Shown here one piece after another: positions 24,412 through 33,824 of a DNA stretch of 33,901 nucleotides. The notes under the pieces are model-generated. The model made no database searches, was not told the origin of the DNA, and worked only from the letters and a program-made list of their open reading frames with translations. Origin of the DNA: a virus (Duplodnaviria > Caudoviricetes); the IMG/VR virus record IMGVR_UViG_3300025635_000093, positions 1 through 33,901 of that record; one strand, 5' to 3'. A program made the translations under genes and the position numbers. Every line of letters begins with the position of its first letter. Position 1 is the stretch's first letter.

Positions 24412-26136
24412 ATGGCTTTTAACTATAAATTAAACGGTGTGACATATTCAGCAAGTAGTAACTCATCACTACCGCCAGGGGCAGTTCTTTTGGATGAATC
24501 AGGAACATCATCTCAAAAAACTAATAAGAGCGAATCTACTGTGCCAAGTAATCAATCTGTTTTTGACGCAGCCATGTCATATTATAAATCTAACCCAACA
24601 GCTTCTGCTGGTTCTTTTGATGTAAGTAAAGTTACACCTGCGTCTACTACTATTCCTCTTTCTACTGTAAACGAGAATGTAACGCCTATTCCTGTACCTG
24701 CTAAACCTACTCCAGCAAACTACAATCAGTTTCTTACGCCAGTAACTCTTACAACTCCAGCCGAGACGGGAACAAAAGCAACTCCAGTAACAGGTACTGT
24801 AGATACAGGAGCGACAAACTTTGATAAGCTTTTTAGTGACTACATAGGGGCAAAAAAAGATATTGCACCAGTTAATCAAGCAGACATATACAATCAGACA
24901 AGAAATGAAGCAGGTGTTATAGAAAAACAGCAAAAAGTTAATAATTTAGCAGGTCAGATTAATGCTATAGTAACCAAGTCACAAGCAGACCAATTATCTG
25001 TCACAGGGCAAGGTAGAGGCGTTCCAGAGGCTATAATTGGAGGTATACAGGCTCAAATATCAAAGGAGGCGGCAATACAGTCATTACCATTACAAGCTCA
25101 ATTATCCGCAGCACAAGGTGATTTACAAATGGCACAGCAACATCTTGATACGCTATTTAAAATCAGAGTAACAGACGCACAAAACCAATACGAATTTAAG
25201 AATAAACTAGTAGACTCTGTATTTGAATTTGCTAGTAAGAAAGAGCAGGCTAGGCTGGATGAACAGAAGGTACAAAATGAGAGAGCATATCAAGAACAAA
25301 AAACAAATCTTGATTTAATGAATGAATGGTCTAAAACTGCTGTAAAAACAGGTCAGTCATACTTAGTAGATTCATTTAATCAACTTGACGCAAAATCTAA
25401 AACATTTAGAAGCGATTTATCAAAGATAGTATCAAAAATAGATGACCCTACGGCAAGGTTAGATTTTGCTATTAAGAAGGCAGAACTTGAATATAAGAAA
25501 AAACAGACTGAATTATTAGGACAACCTACGAAGAAAGAATTACAAGCTAATGCAGAGCAATTAACAGAAGCTAAGGCAAGTTTGCCTGTTATGCAAGATA
25601 AAGTTGCTACCATAGATGTCCTAAAAGAACACCCTGGGCTTAATTCAAGAGTTGGAACAAATTTAGCGTCAAGAAGTGCTACAGGGTTATCAGGAAATCT
25701 TATAAAAGTTACATCTGTAGTCGGTATCCCTGGACTACTTAAAGATATTTATGCAGGTGCTACTGGAGAGGGTCAGGATTTTGCTGGAGGTGTCCATAAA
25801 TTGCTTGGAGGCTTAACATTACAAAATCTTATTGACGCTAAAGCTAGAGGGGCTACATTTGGTGCTTTATCAGAGGGCGAACTATCACTACTAGCTAGTT
25901 CCGCTTCTGCGATAAACGACTGGGAGATAAAAGACGACAAAGGGATTGGTATGGGGGTATGGAATATTGATGAGGAGTCATTTAAGAAAGAAATGAAAAC
26001 CATACAGGATTTAACAAATAGAGCTATTTTACTAAAAACTGGAACACTACTAGATACAAGCGAGCAGTCTTTACTAGATAACACATTTACTCCACAAAAC
26101 ATGAACACTAATCCAGCTAATTATTATTCTAACTAA
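24412..26136 (+). CDS. Internal virion/DNA ejection protein (putative)
   Basis: Pro/Thr N-terminus, Gln/Ala helical core, FGALSEGEL motif; TGaTATAAT at 24390-24398. Confidence 0.65.
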   Translation: MAFNYKLNGVTYSASSNSSLPPGAVLLDESGTSSQKTNKSESTVPSNQSVFDAAMSYYKSNPTASAGSFDVSKVTPASTTIPLSTVNENVTPIPVPAKPTPANYNQFLTPVTLTTPAETGTKATPVTGTVDTGATNFDKLFSDYIGAKKDIAPVNQADIYNQTRNEAGVIEKQQKVNNLAGQINAIVTKSQADQLSVTGQGRGVPEAIIGGIQAQISKEAAIQSLPLQAQLSAAQGDLQMAQQHLDTLFKIRVTDAQNQYEFKNKLVDSVFEFASKKEQARLDEQKVQNERAYQEQKTNLDLMNEWSKTAVKTGQSYLVDSFNQLDAKSKTFRSDLSKIVSKIDDPTARLDFAIKKAELEYKKKQTELLGQPTKKELQANAEQLTEAKASLPVMQDKVATIDVLKEHPGLNSRVGTNLASRSATGLSGNLIKVTSVVGIPGLLKDIYAGATGEGQDFAGGVHKLLGGLTLQNLIDAKARGATFGALSEGELSLLASSASAINDWEIKDDKGIGMGVWNIDEESFKKEMKTIQDLTNRAILLKTGTLLDTSEQSLLDNTFTPQNMNTNPANYYSN

Positions 26137-26142
26137 AAAACA

Positions 26143-28245
26143 ATGGCTTTTAATCAACAAGAACAAGATATAATAAAGTTTGGCTTACAAAATGGTAAGT
26201 CTAAAGAGGATGTTATTACTGCTATAACTAATTTTAGAAGTGGAGTTGTACCTAAACCAGCAGTACCTAAAGAGCCTTCATATACAGAACAGTTAAAGTC
26301 AGATTTAAACACGAGAGTAGATAGAACTGGTGAAATATTAAAGAGGCAAGATACGCCTATAGTCGAGAAAGGTATTCAACTACTTGGTCAAGGTACAGGT
26401 TTAGCTGCTAATCTAATAGAAAAATCCTTTGAACAAATACCAGGGGTTAAGCCGTTACTTGAGAAGGTAGGTAGTGGTATAAATTGGTTAGCTACATCTG
26501 ATTACTCACCTGTGAAAAAACTAGGTGAGTCTATTGGTAATTCTATTGGTAATACTAAAGTTGTTGGAGATATAGTTGGATTATACGATACTGACCCTAA
26601 CTTTAGAGATACAGTTGACGCAATAGCTAATATTGCAAGATTAGGAATGGATATATCGCCTATTGCTGAAAGTCCTGCTTTTATAAGAAATGTAACTAAT
26701 AAAATATTAAATGTGGCAAAGACAACTGCTTCGGGGTCAGTAGACACAGCACCTTCTTTAATTAAGACCATAGACGAGGCATTTAATTCAGCTAAGGCAC
26801 TAAAAGATGACATACAATTAACTGTTGCTAAAAAGAATGTAAACCCACAACTGGAGTCGTCTGCGAATAGATTATTTCTTGATGGTACAAAAAGATTAGA
26901 ATCCCCAGTAGAGACTTATGATAAATATTTGGTTCAATCTAAAAAAGCTCTAGGGGATATTAAGGCAGACCCTGCAATTTCAGAAGTTGGTAGTAAAATG
27001 GGTGACGCTTTTGATACTGTTGTAAAACAAAGACAGTCTGTTGGTAAAGTGTTAGGGAAAGAACTCAAGGCAAATGGAAAGATTAAAATCGATATTTCAG
27101 ATACTAGAAGTAATTTACTAAATGAACTAGACAATAGCGGTCTTTCATATAGTCCAAAAACAAACGAACTTACTTCATTTCAAGGCTCTAGGTTTGCACC
27201 AGAAGAAGTCTCTATGCTTAATGATTTTGTAAAGAGCTTAAATACGCTAGGAGATAATCCTACAGTTTCACAAATAGATAACTTTATAGCAAGGACCCGT
27301 ACAACACTTGATTTTACAAAGGGTAAAAGCGGCGTAATGGGAACTACAAATGCAGAAAGAATAATAAACGGAGGTGTCGCTAAGCTAAAGGAGACACTTA
27401 ATCCTAGTGTAAATGGTAATACTGCACTATCAAAGTATTGGAGAGCGAATAATGCGTATTCAAAGCTTTCTGATTTTATAGATGAGGGTAGTACATTTCT
27501 AGGTAAAAAAACATTATCTGGAGATTATGCAAAAGACGCTAGTGTTGCTAAAAGCTCTGTTCAGTCTATTCTTAATCAAGGCAAAAAAGACTTTATGATA
27601 AAGTTGGAGGCACTTACTGGATATCCAGCAATAGATGACGCTGTGCTTGCATTACAAGCCATGAAAGACGCTGGAGACTTTAGAGGACTCTCATTATTAC
27701 AGGCAATGTCTGATTCAGGCGGTATACCAACATCTAAAGCAGGATTTACCCAGCAAATACTGGATTACACAGTCAAAAAGGGAGGAGAGTTTGTTGCAGG
27801 AACTCCAGAACAGCAGACAAGAGCCTTGCTTCAAGACCTATCAAATAAGGCACAAAGCCCTAAACCGATAAACACTAAAGCAAAACCAACAGCAAGTGCT
27901 GGAGATAAGACTAATAGTACTAACCAAATTAATAACCCCATGTCTGATACCATACCACAGAAAAAAGGTATAATCCAGTCAGCTGTGGATAAGTATAAAA
28001 GTATACCAAATAAGCAAGGAGGATTTGTAAGAATCGGAGGTAAGACATTTAAAGAAATACCAGAGGCTACAAAGAAAGAAATGATACAGGTAATAGACTA
28101 CCTTAATCTTAAACAACCATACAATAAAGCAATAGAGTATAATATATCTAAATTGCTACCAAAGTATTCTATAAGCCAAGACTGGTCAAACGCCAAGATA
28201 GCAGATACATTAGAAAAATTAGTAGAGCGTACTAAAACAAAATAA
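26143..28245 (+). CDS. Large internal virion/DNA ejection protein (putative)
   Basis: 700-aa helical protein following first ejection protein. Confidence 0.6.
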   Translation: MAFNQQEQDIIKFGLQNGKSKEDVITAITNFRSGVVPKPAVPKEPSYTEQLKSDLNTRVDRTGEILKRQDTPIVEKGIQLLGQGTGLAANLIEKSFEQIPGVKPLLEKVGSGINWLATSDYSPVKKLGESIGNSIGNTKVVGDIVGLYDTDPNFRDTVDAIANIARLGMDISPIAESPAFIRNVTNKILNVAKTTASGSVDTAPSLIKTIDEAFNSAKALKDDIQLTVAKKNVNPQLESSANRLFLDGTKRLESPVETYDKYLVQSKKALGDIKADPAISEVGSKMGDAFDTVVKQRQSVGKVLGKELKANGKIKIDISDTRSNLLNELDNSGLSYSPKTNELTSFQGSRFAPEEVSMLNDFVKSLNTLGDNPTVSQIDNFIARTRTTLDFTKGKSGVMGTTNAERIINGGVAKLKETLNPSVNGNTALSKYWRANNAYSKLSDFIDEGSTFLGKKTLSGDYAKDASVAKSSVQSILNQGKKDFMIKLEALTGYPAIDDAVLALQAMKDAGDFRGLSLLQAMSDSGGIPTSKAGFTQQILDYTVKKGGEFVAGTPEQQTRALLQDLSNKAQSPKPINTKAKPTASAGDKTNSTNQINNPMSDTIPQKKGIIQSAVDKYKSIPNKQGGFVRIGGKTFKEIPEATKKEMIQVIDYLNLKQPYNKAIEYNISKLLPKYSISQDWSNAKIADTLEKLVERTKTK
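27831..27941 (-). CDS. Nested antisense 36-aa membrane microprotein (superinfection-exclusion candidate)
   Basis: MGLLIWLVLLVLSPALAVGFALVFIGLGLCALFDRS, with its own promoter. Confidence 0.6.
   Translation of the reverse strand: MGLLIWLVLLVLSPALAVGFALVFIGLGLCALFDRS
27949..27992 (-). promoter_or_regulatory. Intragenic antisense promoter with DnaA box
   Basis: TTATCCACA-29nt-TATGGT (TG-extended)-7nt-ATG. Confidence 0.6.
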
Positions 28246-28247
28246 CA

Positions 28248-29093
28248 ATGAATGAAGCCAACTCAAAACAAAATAATGTTGTAAACGAGAGACTACTAGC
28301 TAGGCTTGATAGTGTAATTCAATCTATTGATAGCGGGGCTGTGCAATCAGATGAATTTGCTAGAGCAATTAAGGCAATCTTAAACGTTGTAAAAGGTATT
28401 AAGCTAACTTTAGAGTCTGATATAAGTCTTTTAAAGACAGGTCATGAAGATAAGATATTAGAAATAAACGCTGATATATCTCAGTTAGAGGACTTTATGA
28501 GAGAAGTAGAAAGCACGTCTACTGAATACACAAAAGAGCAGGTTTTAAAACTAGAGGACAGGATAAAGTCTAGTATTAAAGACATAAGGGACTCTATACC
28601 TAATATGCCAGATTTGTCTGATATAAATAGTCGTATAGAAAACGCCTATAAGAAGTTTGAGGAAATAGAAAATAAAAAGCCAGAGGAAATAAAAGCTACT
28701 TTTATAAGAGACAGGCTAGAGTCATTACAGGACGAAGATAGATTAGACGCTTCGGCAATTAAGAATTTAAAAAAGTATATTGATATAGAATTGTCTAAGA
28801 TAAAGACAAGTGGAAAGACTGTATATGTTGGAGGTGGAAGTTCAGGTGGAGGTAGAATAGTTAAAAGTTATGACTTATTTTCTCAACTTAATGGTGTACT
28901 GAAAACATTTTCATTACCTGCTTTTCACCGTGTTATATCTGTACACAGTGCCTCATTTCCATTTTCATTTAGAGAAAATGTTGATTACACCACAGACGCT
29001 AGTGCAATGACTATAACTTTTACATCAGAAATAATTCCGCAGGAAACTTTGGCTACTGGTCAGACTGTGACCGTTGTTTATTCGGAGGCTTAA
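28248..29093 (+). CDS. Coiled-coil protein with Gly linker and beta C-terminal domain (tail-associated)
   Basis: Long heptads, RLDASAIKNL, GGGSSGGG. Confidence 0.55.
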   Translation: MNEANSKQNNVVNERLLARLDSVIQSIDSGAVQSDEFARAIKAILNVVKGIKLTLESDISLLKTGHEDKILEINADISQLEDFMREVESTSTEYTKEQVLKLEDRIKSSIKDIRDSIPNMPDLSDINSRIENAYKKFEEIENKKPEEIKATFIRDRLESLQDEDRLDASAIKNLKKYIDIELSKIKTSGKTVYVGGGSSGGGRIVKSYDLFSQLNGVLKTFSLPAFHRVISVHSASFPFSFRENVDYTTDASAMTITFTSEIIPQETLATGQTVTVVYSEA

Positions 29094-29103
29094 TTATAAA
29101 AAC

Positions 29104-31410
29104 ATGAAATATATATACACACTATTAATTGCACTTTTAATTCCACAAGTATCTTTTGCCGCACCGACAAATAATACAACATACACATCAATCGGAACTA
29201 CAACATCTGGTTGGTTTAATGCTACATCTACTACTAAAGCCTCCACCTTCCCACTAGCCTCTACTACTGCTATAAGCTCAACAGGTAGTGCGTGGTTTGC
29301 GACAGATGGGGGGAAAGTGGGTATAGGCACTACAAGTCCAGGTCAAATGCTCTCAGTTGCTGGTGACATACTCGGTAATAATATTATTGGTCAGTACTTC
29401 ACTGCAACATCATCTACAGCAACATCAACATTTGCGGGTAGTGCAACGTTCGGTGGAAATCTTGCAATTTTGGGAAATGATAAATATATCGCATTAAGAA
29501 ATGGTGCTATTAATATTCTAGATAATTCTGGTAATACAAGATATGAGGCAAATGGAGATGTGGATTTACGTTTTGACAAGGATAATAGCGGAAATGCTGG
29601 TGATGGTTTTAATGTTCAGGATGGGTCAGGGGCAACTTATTTGAATATTGATAATAGTGGTAATATGAGTGTTTATAAGTCAGGTGGTACAGGAAGTTAT
29701 TTTGATTATGCTACAGGCAATGTCGGAATTGGAACAACTACACCAAATAGCCTACTAGATATTGCAGGAGCTACACCAACTCTAACAATAAGTGATACAA
29801 CCGCCTCTATTGGTAGTGGTGGTACTTATGGAAACTTAGACTTCTATGCTTCTGATACATCTCAGGCTGGAGTAATGGGTAGAATACGAAGCCTAGCTTC
29901 TCCAGGGTCATTTGGTAATGCAGGAGAACTAGCTTTTTGGACATATAACTCATCAGGTGGTATTGCAGAGAGAATGAGGATTACAACTGCTGGCAACGTC
30001 GGTATTGGTACAACAACTCCTTCAACACTACTAAACTTGTATGGTAGTGCCCCTATCATTAAGATAGCTAATTCTAATTCTGGTAATATAGCTGGTTTAA
30101 ATATTGATTATCTAGGATTAAATAAGGCTGTTTTTACAGCTAATATGGCGACTGGTGAGGTAAAGATTGGAGGTTCAACAAATGGTTATTTCCCTACATT
30201 TTATTCACACGGTAGTGAGGTTATGAGAATTGGTACATCTGGAAACGTTGGAATTGGTACAACAACACCATATGCAAAGCTTTCTATCACAAACACAGGT
30301 TCTGACCCATCATTTGTTGTAGAGGATTCAACATCTCCAGATACTACACCTTTCATTATTGATTCAGCTGGTCTTGTAGGAATTGGTACATCTACACTTA
30401 CTTATACCCTTAATGTTCAAGGAACTTCAAACTTTGTAGGTACTACATATTTCCATCCTACTACCGACCCTACAAACACATCAAGAGGTGTATCTATTAC
30501 GCCTAGCGGAACTGGTATTAGTACATTAGATGTATGGGGTAACTCTGGAGGAGGATTGCAAATAAAAGGTTGGTCGACTGGTTCAGGTATAAGTACTGCT
30601 CAGATATTTATAAATCCATCTACATCAGGAATGAATCCATATATTGATTTCCTTACTGGAATATCAGCCGCTTCATCTCGTATGAGAATATTGGATACAG
30701 GCTTTGTAGGTATCGGTACAACAACACCATATACAGCACTGGGCGTAATGGGACAGGTAGTTATGACTAACTTCTTCGCTACATCAACTACGGCTACATC
30801 AACAATTGCTGGAGGTTTAACTGTACAAGGCATTACATCAAATCCTGCTATTGAATACGACCTATCTACAACAATGGTAACTATGCCTAATGTAACTCTT
30901 GGTGGCTTACAATTTGCACCAGATTCAGGCTTGGTAACTCTTGCAGATATGCCAGTTACATCAGATACAGCCGACGGTACTACTACAGGTTATGGTTTTA
31001 ATTTAAATGGTACATCACAACTCTTCATCTCAGGACTTGGAGATGGGCTTGGTTATCTAAGACAAGTGGGAGTAGGTATTGGTACAACTTCACCTATGGC
31101 TAAGCTTGCAATATTACTTGGTACAACTACCGACCCATTACTAGCTTTTGCAATTGCTTCTACTACATCTACTTTTGCAACAAGTACTTTGTTCTCAATT
31201 GATAACAGAGGCTCAGTAGACATAGGTACAAGCACTACAAATACAAATATACTAAATACATTTACAACAGGAACTACTACAATATCAGTTGATAGTAATT
31301 CATTGACACAAGGAAGTTGCCTAGAATTAAAGGATTCAGATGGTACTGGTTATACGTATATAACAGTTAATAATGGTGTACTAACCGCAAGTGCTACATC
31401 TTGTAAATAA
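29104..31410 (+). CDS. Fibre/adhesin with GNVGIGTTxP repeats and signal peptide
   Basis: MKYIYTLLIALLIPQVSFA; about 7 VGIGT units; ATSTTATST motifs. Confidence 0.75.
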   Translation: MKYIYTLLIALLIPQVSFAAPTNNTTYTSIGTTTSGWFNATSTTKASTFPLASTTAISSTGSAWFATDGGKVGIGTTSPGQMLSVAGDILGNNIIGQYFTATSSTATSTFAGSATFGGNLAILGNDKYIALRNGAINILDNSGNTRYEANGDVDLRFDKDNSGNAGDGFNVQDGSGATYLNIDNSGNMSVYKSGGTGSYFDYATGNVGIGTTTPNSLLDIAGATPTLTISDTTASIGSGGTYGNLDFYASDTSQAGVMGRIRSLASPGSFGNAGELAFWTYNSSGGIAERMRITTAGNVGIGTTTPSTLLNLYGSAPIIKIANSNSGNIAGLNIDYLGLNKAVFTANMATGEVKIGGSTNGYFPTFYSHGSEVMRIGTSGNVGIGTTTPYAKLSITNTGSDPSFVVEDSTSPDTTPFIIDSAGLVGIGTSTLTYTLNVQGTSNFVGTTYFHPTTDPTNTSRGVSITPSGTGISTLDVWGNSGGGLQIKGWSTGSGISTAQIFINPSTSGMNPYIDFLTGISAASSRMRILDTGFVGIGTTTPYTALGVMGQVVMTNFFATSTTATSTIAGGLTVQGITSNPAIEYDLSTTMVTMPNVTLGGLQFAPDSGLVTLADMPVTSDTADGTTTGYGFNLNGTSQLFISGLGDGLGYLRQVGVGIGTTSPMAKLAILLGTTTDPLLAFAIASTTSTFATSTLFSIDNRGSVDIGTSTTNTNILNTFTTGTTTISVDSNSLTQGSCLELKDSDGTGYTYITVNNGVLTASATSCK

Positions 31411-31415
31411 ACACA

Positions 31416-33458
31416 ATGAAAAAACTACTACTCTTACTACTACTCTTAATACCAACAATTACGAAGGCTGATACCAATGGGCTTGTAGGCTATTGGAGCT
31501 TTAATGAAGGTAAGCAGGGTATCGCACATGATTATAGTGGTAACAGGAATGATGCTACTGCGACCAGTTCGATAAACTGGACAACAGGCAGGTTGGGTAA
31601 TGGGATATTATTCCCTAGTGGTACGCAATTACTTACGGCTGGTACTGCTCCACAATTAAGTGGTACAGCATTAGGTCGTAATGTAACATTTAGTGCGTGG
31701 GTATATCCTACTTCATTTACCGACCATAGTTATCACACAGTTATAGCTAAAGTCTTTACTGCGAATTGGTGGTTTGGTTTGTACACTACAACTGGAAGAA
31801 TACAGACATGGGTAGGCGGTCTAGCAACTCAAAGTACAGGCTCAATACCGTTAAATAAATGGTCACATATAGCCTCTACATGGGATGGTGCAAATGTTAG
31901 ATATTATATAAATGGTGTGCTTGATTCTACCGTTGCGAATACTAACGCTCCTGTTGGTAGTTCAGCTAAGGTAACTATTGGTGCAGACTTTAATGCAGGT
32001 TCAAGTGCTCCATACAACTACTGGTTTACAGGCGTAATGGATGAAGTAAAGATATACAACCGTACTCTTTCCCCTAAACAAATACAAAGTGAGTATCAGG
32101 CTGGGCTAACCATCCTAAACGACATTTCAAATGACAAGCTAGTCGCACATTGGAGCTTTAATGAGGGGACAAGTACTTTGGTTCATGACATTAGTGGTAA
32201 TAATATAAATGCAACTACAACTGTATCAAACTGGACTGCTGGTAGACTTGGTAAAGCACTGAATCTTACAGGCGCATTAGCCGACTATGTTCAAATACAA
32301 AATAATAAACTAAATGTTTCTGGTAACAAGCTAACTTTAAGTACTTGGGTTTATCCTAGAGCATTAGCTAATTTATCCAATGGTAATGGTGTAATATCAA
32401 ATGGTAATAGTGTTAGAAATGATGGGAATTATGAAATATTATTAATACAGTCAAGTAGTAATAATTATGCTTTTTTTAGAACAGCACTTACATCTGTAAA
32501 TACTGCTTTAACAGGTACTAAAGTGTTGCCATTAAATAAATGGTCACACATTACGGCAGTTTATGATGGTGCTAATGCGTACCTTTATGTAAACGGTGTA
32601 CTTGATGTATCACAAGCAAGAACAGGCAATCTTACTACTGATGGAACTTTAACTAGAATCGGTCGCAGACATGTAAATGCTAACCCAGACTATATCAGTG
32701 AAGCATTTGATGATATGAGAATTTATAGTCGTGCATTATCAGCAGATGAGGTTCTAAGACTATATAAATCAGGTGAAACAATAGTGCAAGAGTTTGGAAA
32801 TAATACAGGCTTACTCGCCTATTACCCATTAGATGAAGCAACTAGCACCACAATGGCTAAGGACTATTCGGGTAATAACAATAATCTAAGACTTATTGCT
32901 ACGCCTACATGGGTATCAGGCAGAGTTGGTTCAGCTTTAAACTTCAATGGTATTTCACAAATGGCTTCATCTACTAGAAACCTCGGTATAGTAGGTAATG
33001 CCGAGTTTACAATGTGTTCTTGGATATACATGGATAGAACAACTGTACCGACAGGATACGAGTCATTTATGGGGAATGATTCTACTGGTACTACAGATAG
33101 GGGTTTATCTATGACGGTTCTATCAGCACGCCCAGCAGTGGACTTTTGGAATAATAGATATAGGGCAACAAATGCACTTTCCCTTAAAACATGGCATCAC
33201 GTTTGTGGTACAAAAGTAGCAGGTACAATATCACCAAATTCAAAAATCTATGTAAATGGTGTAGTAGTTTCTGGTGCGGTTGAGGGAACAAACTCAACGC
33301 CTAACATTCTAGATGCCCCTGCTGTTGTCGGTAGACTTTCAGCCAATAGCACCTATTGGTTTACAGGTAAGGTTGATGAGTCAAGGTTCTATAACCGTGC
33401 TTTATCTGCTTCAGAGATATATTCTCTGTATAAGTCGGGTTCAGCTTTTATTAAATAA
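31416..33458 (+). CDS. Triple LamG/ConA-like jelly-roll protein with signal peptide
   Basis: Three repeats LV.(Y/H)WSFNEG..D.SGN..GR.G..W.H..Y.NG..DE...YNR.LS. Confidence 0.9.
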   Translation: MKKLLLLLLLLIPTITKADTNGLVGYWSFNEGKQGIAHDYSGNRNDATATSSINWTTGRLGNGILFPSGTQLLTAGTAPQLSGTALGRNVTFSAWVYPTSFTDHSYHTVIAKVFTANWWFGLYTTTGRIQTWVGGLATQSTGSIPLNKWSHIASTWDGANVRYYINGVLDSTVANTNAPVGSSAKVTIGADFNAGSSAPYNYWFTGVMDEVKIYNRTLSPKQIQSEYQAGLTILNDISNDKLVAHWSFNEGTSTLVHDISGNNINATTTVSNWTAGRLGKALNLTGALADYVQIQNNKLNVSGNKLTLSTWVYPRALANLSNGNGVISNGNSVRNDGNYEILLIQSSSNNYAFFRTALTSVNTALTGTKVLPLNKWSHITAVYDGANAYLYVNGVLDVSQARTGNLTTDGTLTRIGRRHVNANPDYISEAFDDMRIYSRALSADEVLRLYKSGETIVQEFGNNTGLLAYYPLDEATSTTMAKDYSGNNNNLRLIATPTWVSGRVGSALNFNGISQMASSTRNLGIVGNAEFTMCSWIYMDRTTVPTGYESFMGNDSTGTTDRGLSMTVLSARPAVDFWNNRYRATNALSLKTWHHVCGTKVAGTISPNSKIYVNGVVVSGAVEGTNSTPNILDAPAVVGRLSANSTYWFTGKVDESRFYNRALSASEIYSLYKSGSAFIK

Positions 33459-33470
33459 TTTTAAATATAT

Positions 33471-33824
33471 ATGAATGAAATAACAATAGAAAAAGTATCA
33501 GATAGAGAGTATAAAAGAGTTGAGACTATACCAGCAACACCAGAGCAAATAATTGAGACTGTGGTCTCTCTTGATGAAGTTAAGAGTCAATTAGCTTCTA
33601 TTGAGACGGATATAGTTACATGGACAGGTTATCGTGCTACACCACTTGCAGAGCTTGCAAAGATAGACGGAAAGATACAGGAACTAAACGATACAAAGGC
33701 TAAGCTAATTGCAGAATTAGATAGTGCTAAAAAGAAAGGAGTAGTTGAGACACCACTAGAGGCGGTAGTAGAGGAAACACCAGTAGAGGCGGTAGTAGAG
33801 GAAGCACCAGTAGTTATTGAATAA
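33471..33824 (+). CDS. Coiled-coil protein with acidic repeat tail
   Basis: 117 aa, ETP.EAVVE repeats. Confidence 0.65.
   Translation: MNEITIEKVSDREYKRVETIPATPEQIIETVVSLDEVKSQLASIETDIVTWTGYRATPLAELAKIDGKIQELNDTKAKLIAELDSAKKKGVVETPLEAVVEETPVEAVVEEAPVVIE
33747..33813 (+). repeat. 27-bp coding tandem repeat, about 2.5 copies
   Basis: GA.ACACCA.TAGAGGCGGTAGTAGAG units. Confidence 0.85.

Noticed and set aside
26530-26553. 12-bp tandem duplication (SIGN SIGN) and the 21-bp and 27-bp coding repeats
   Set aside because: In-frame linker expansions with no sign of phase variation
29104-33458. Diversity-generating retroelement target
   Set aside because: No reverse transcriptase and no TR/VR pair differing at adenines was seen; internal similarity reflects domain repeats
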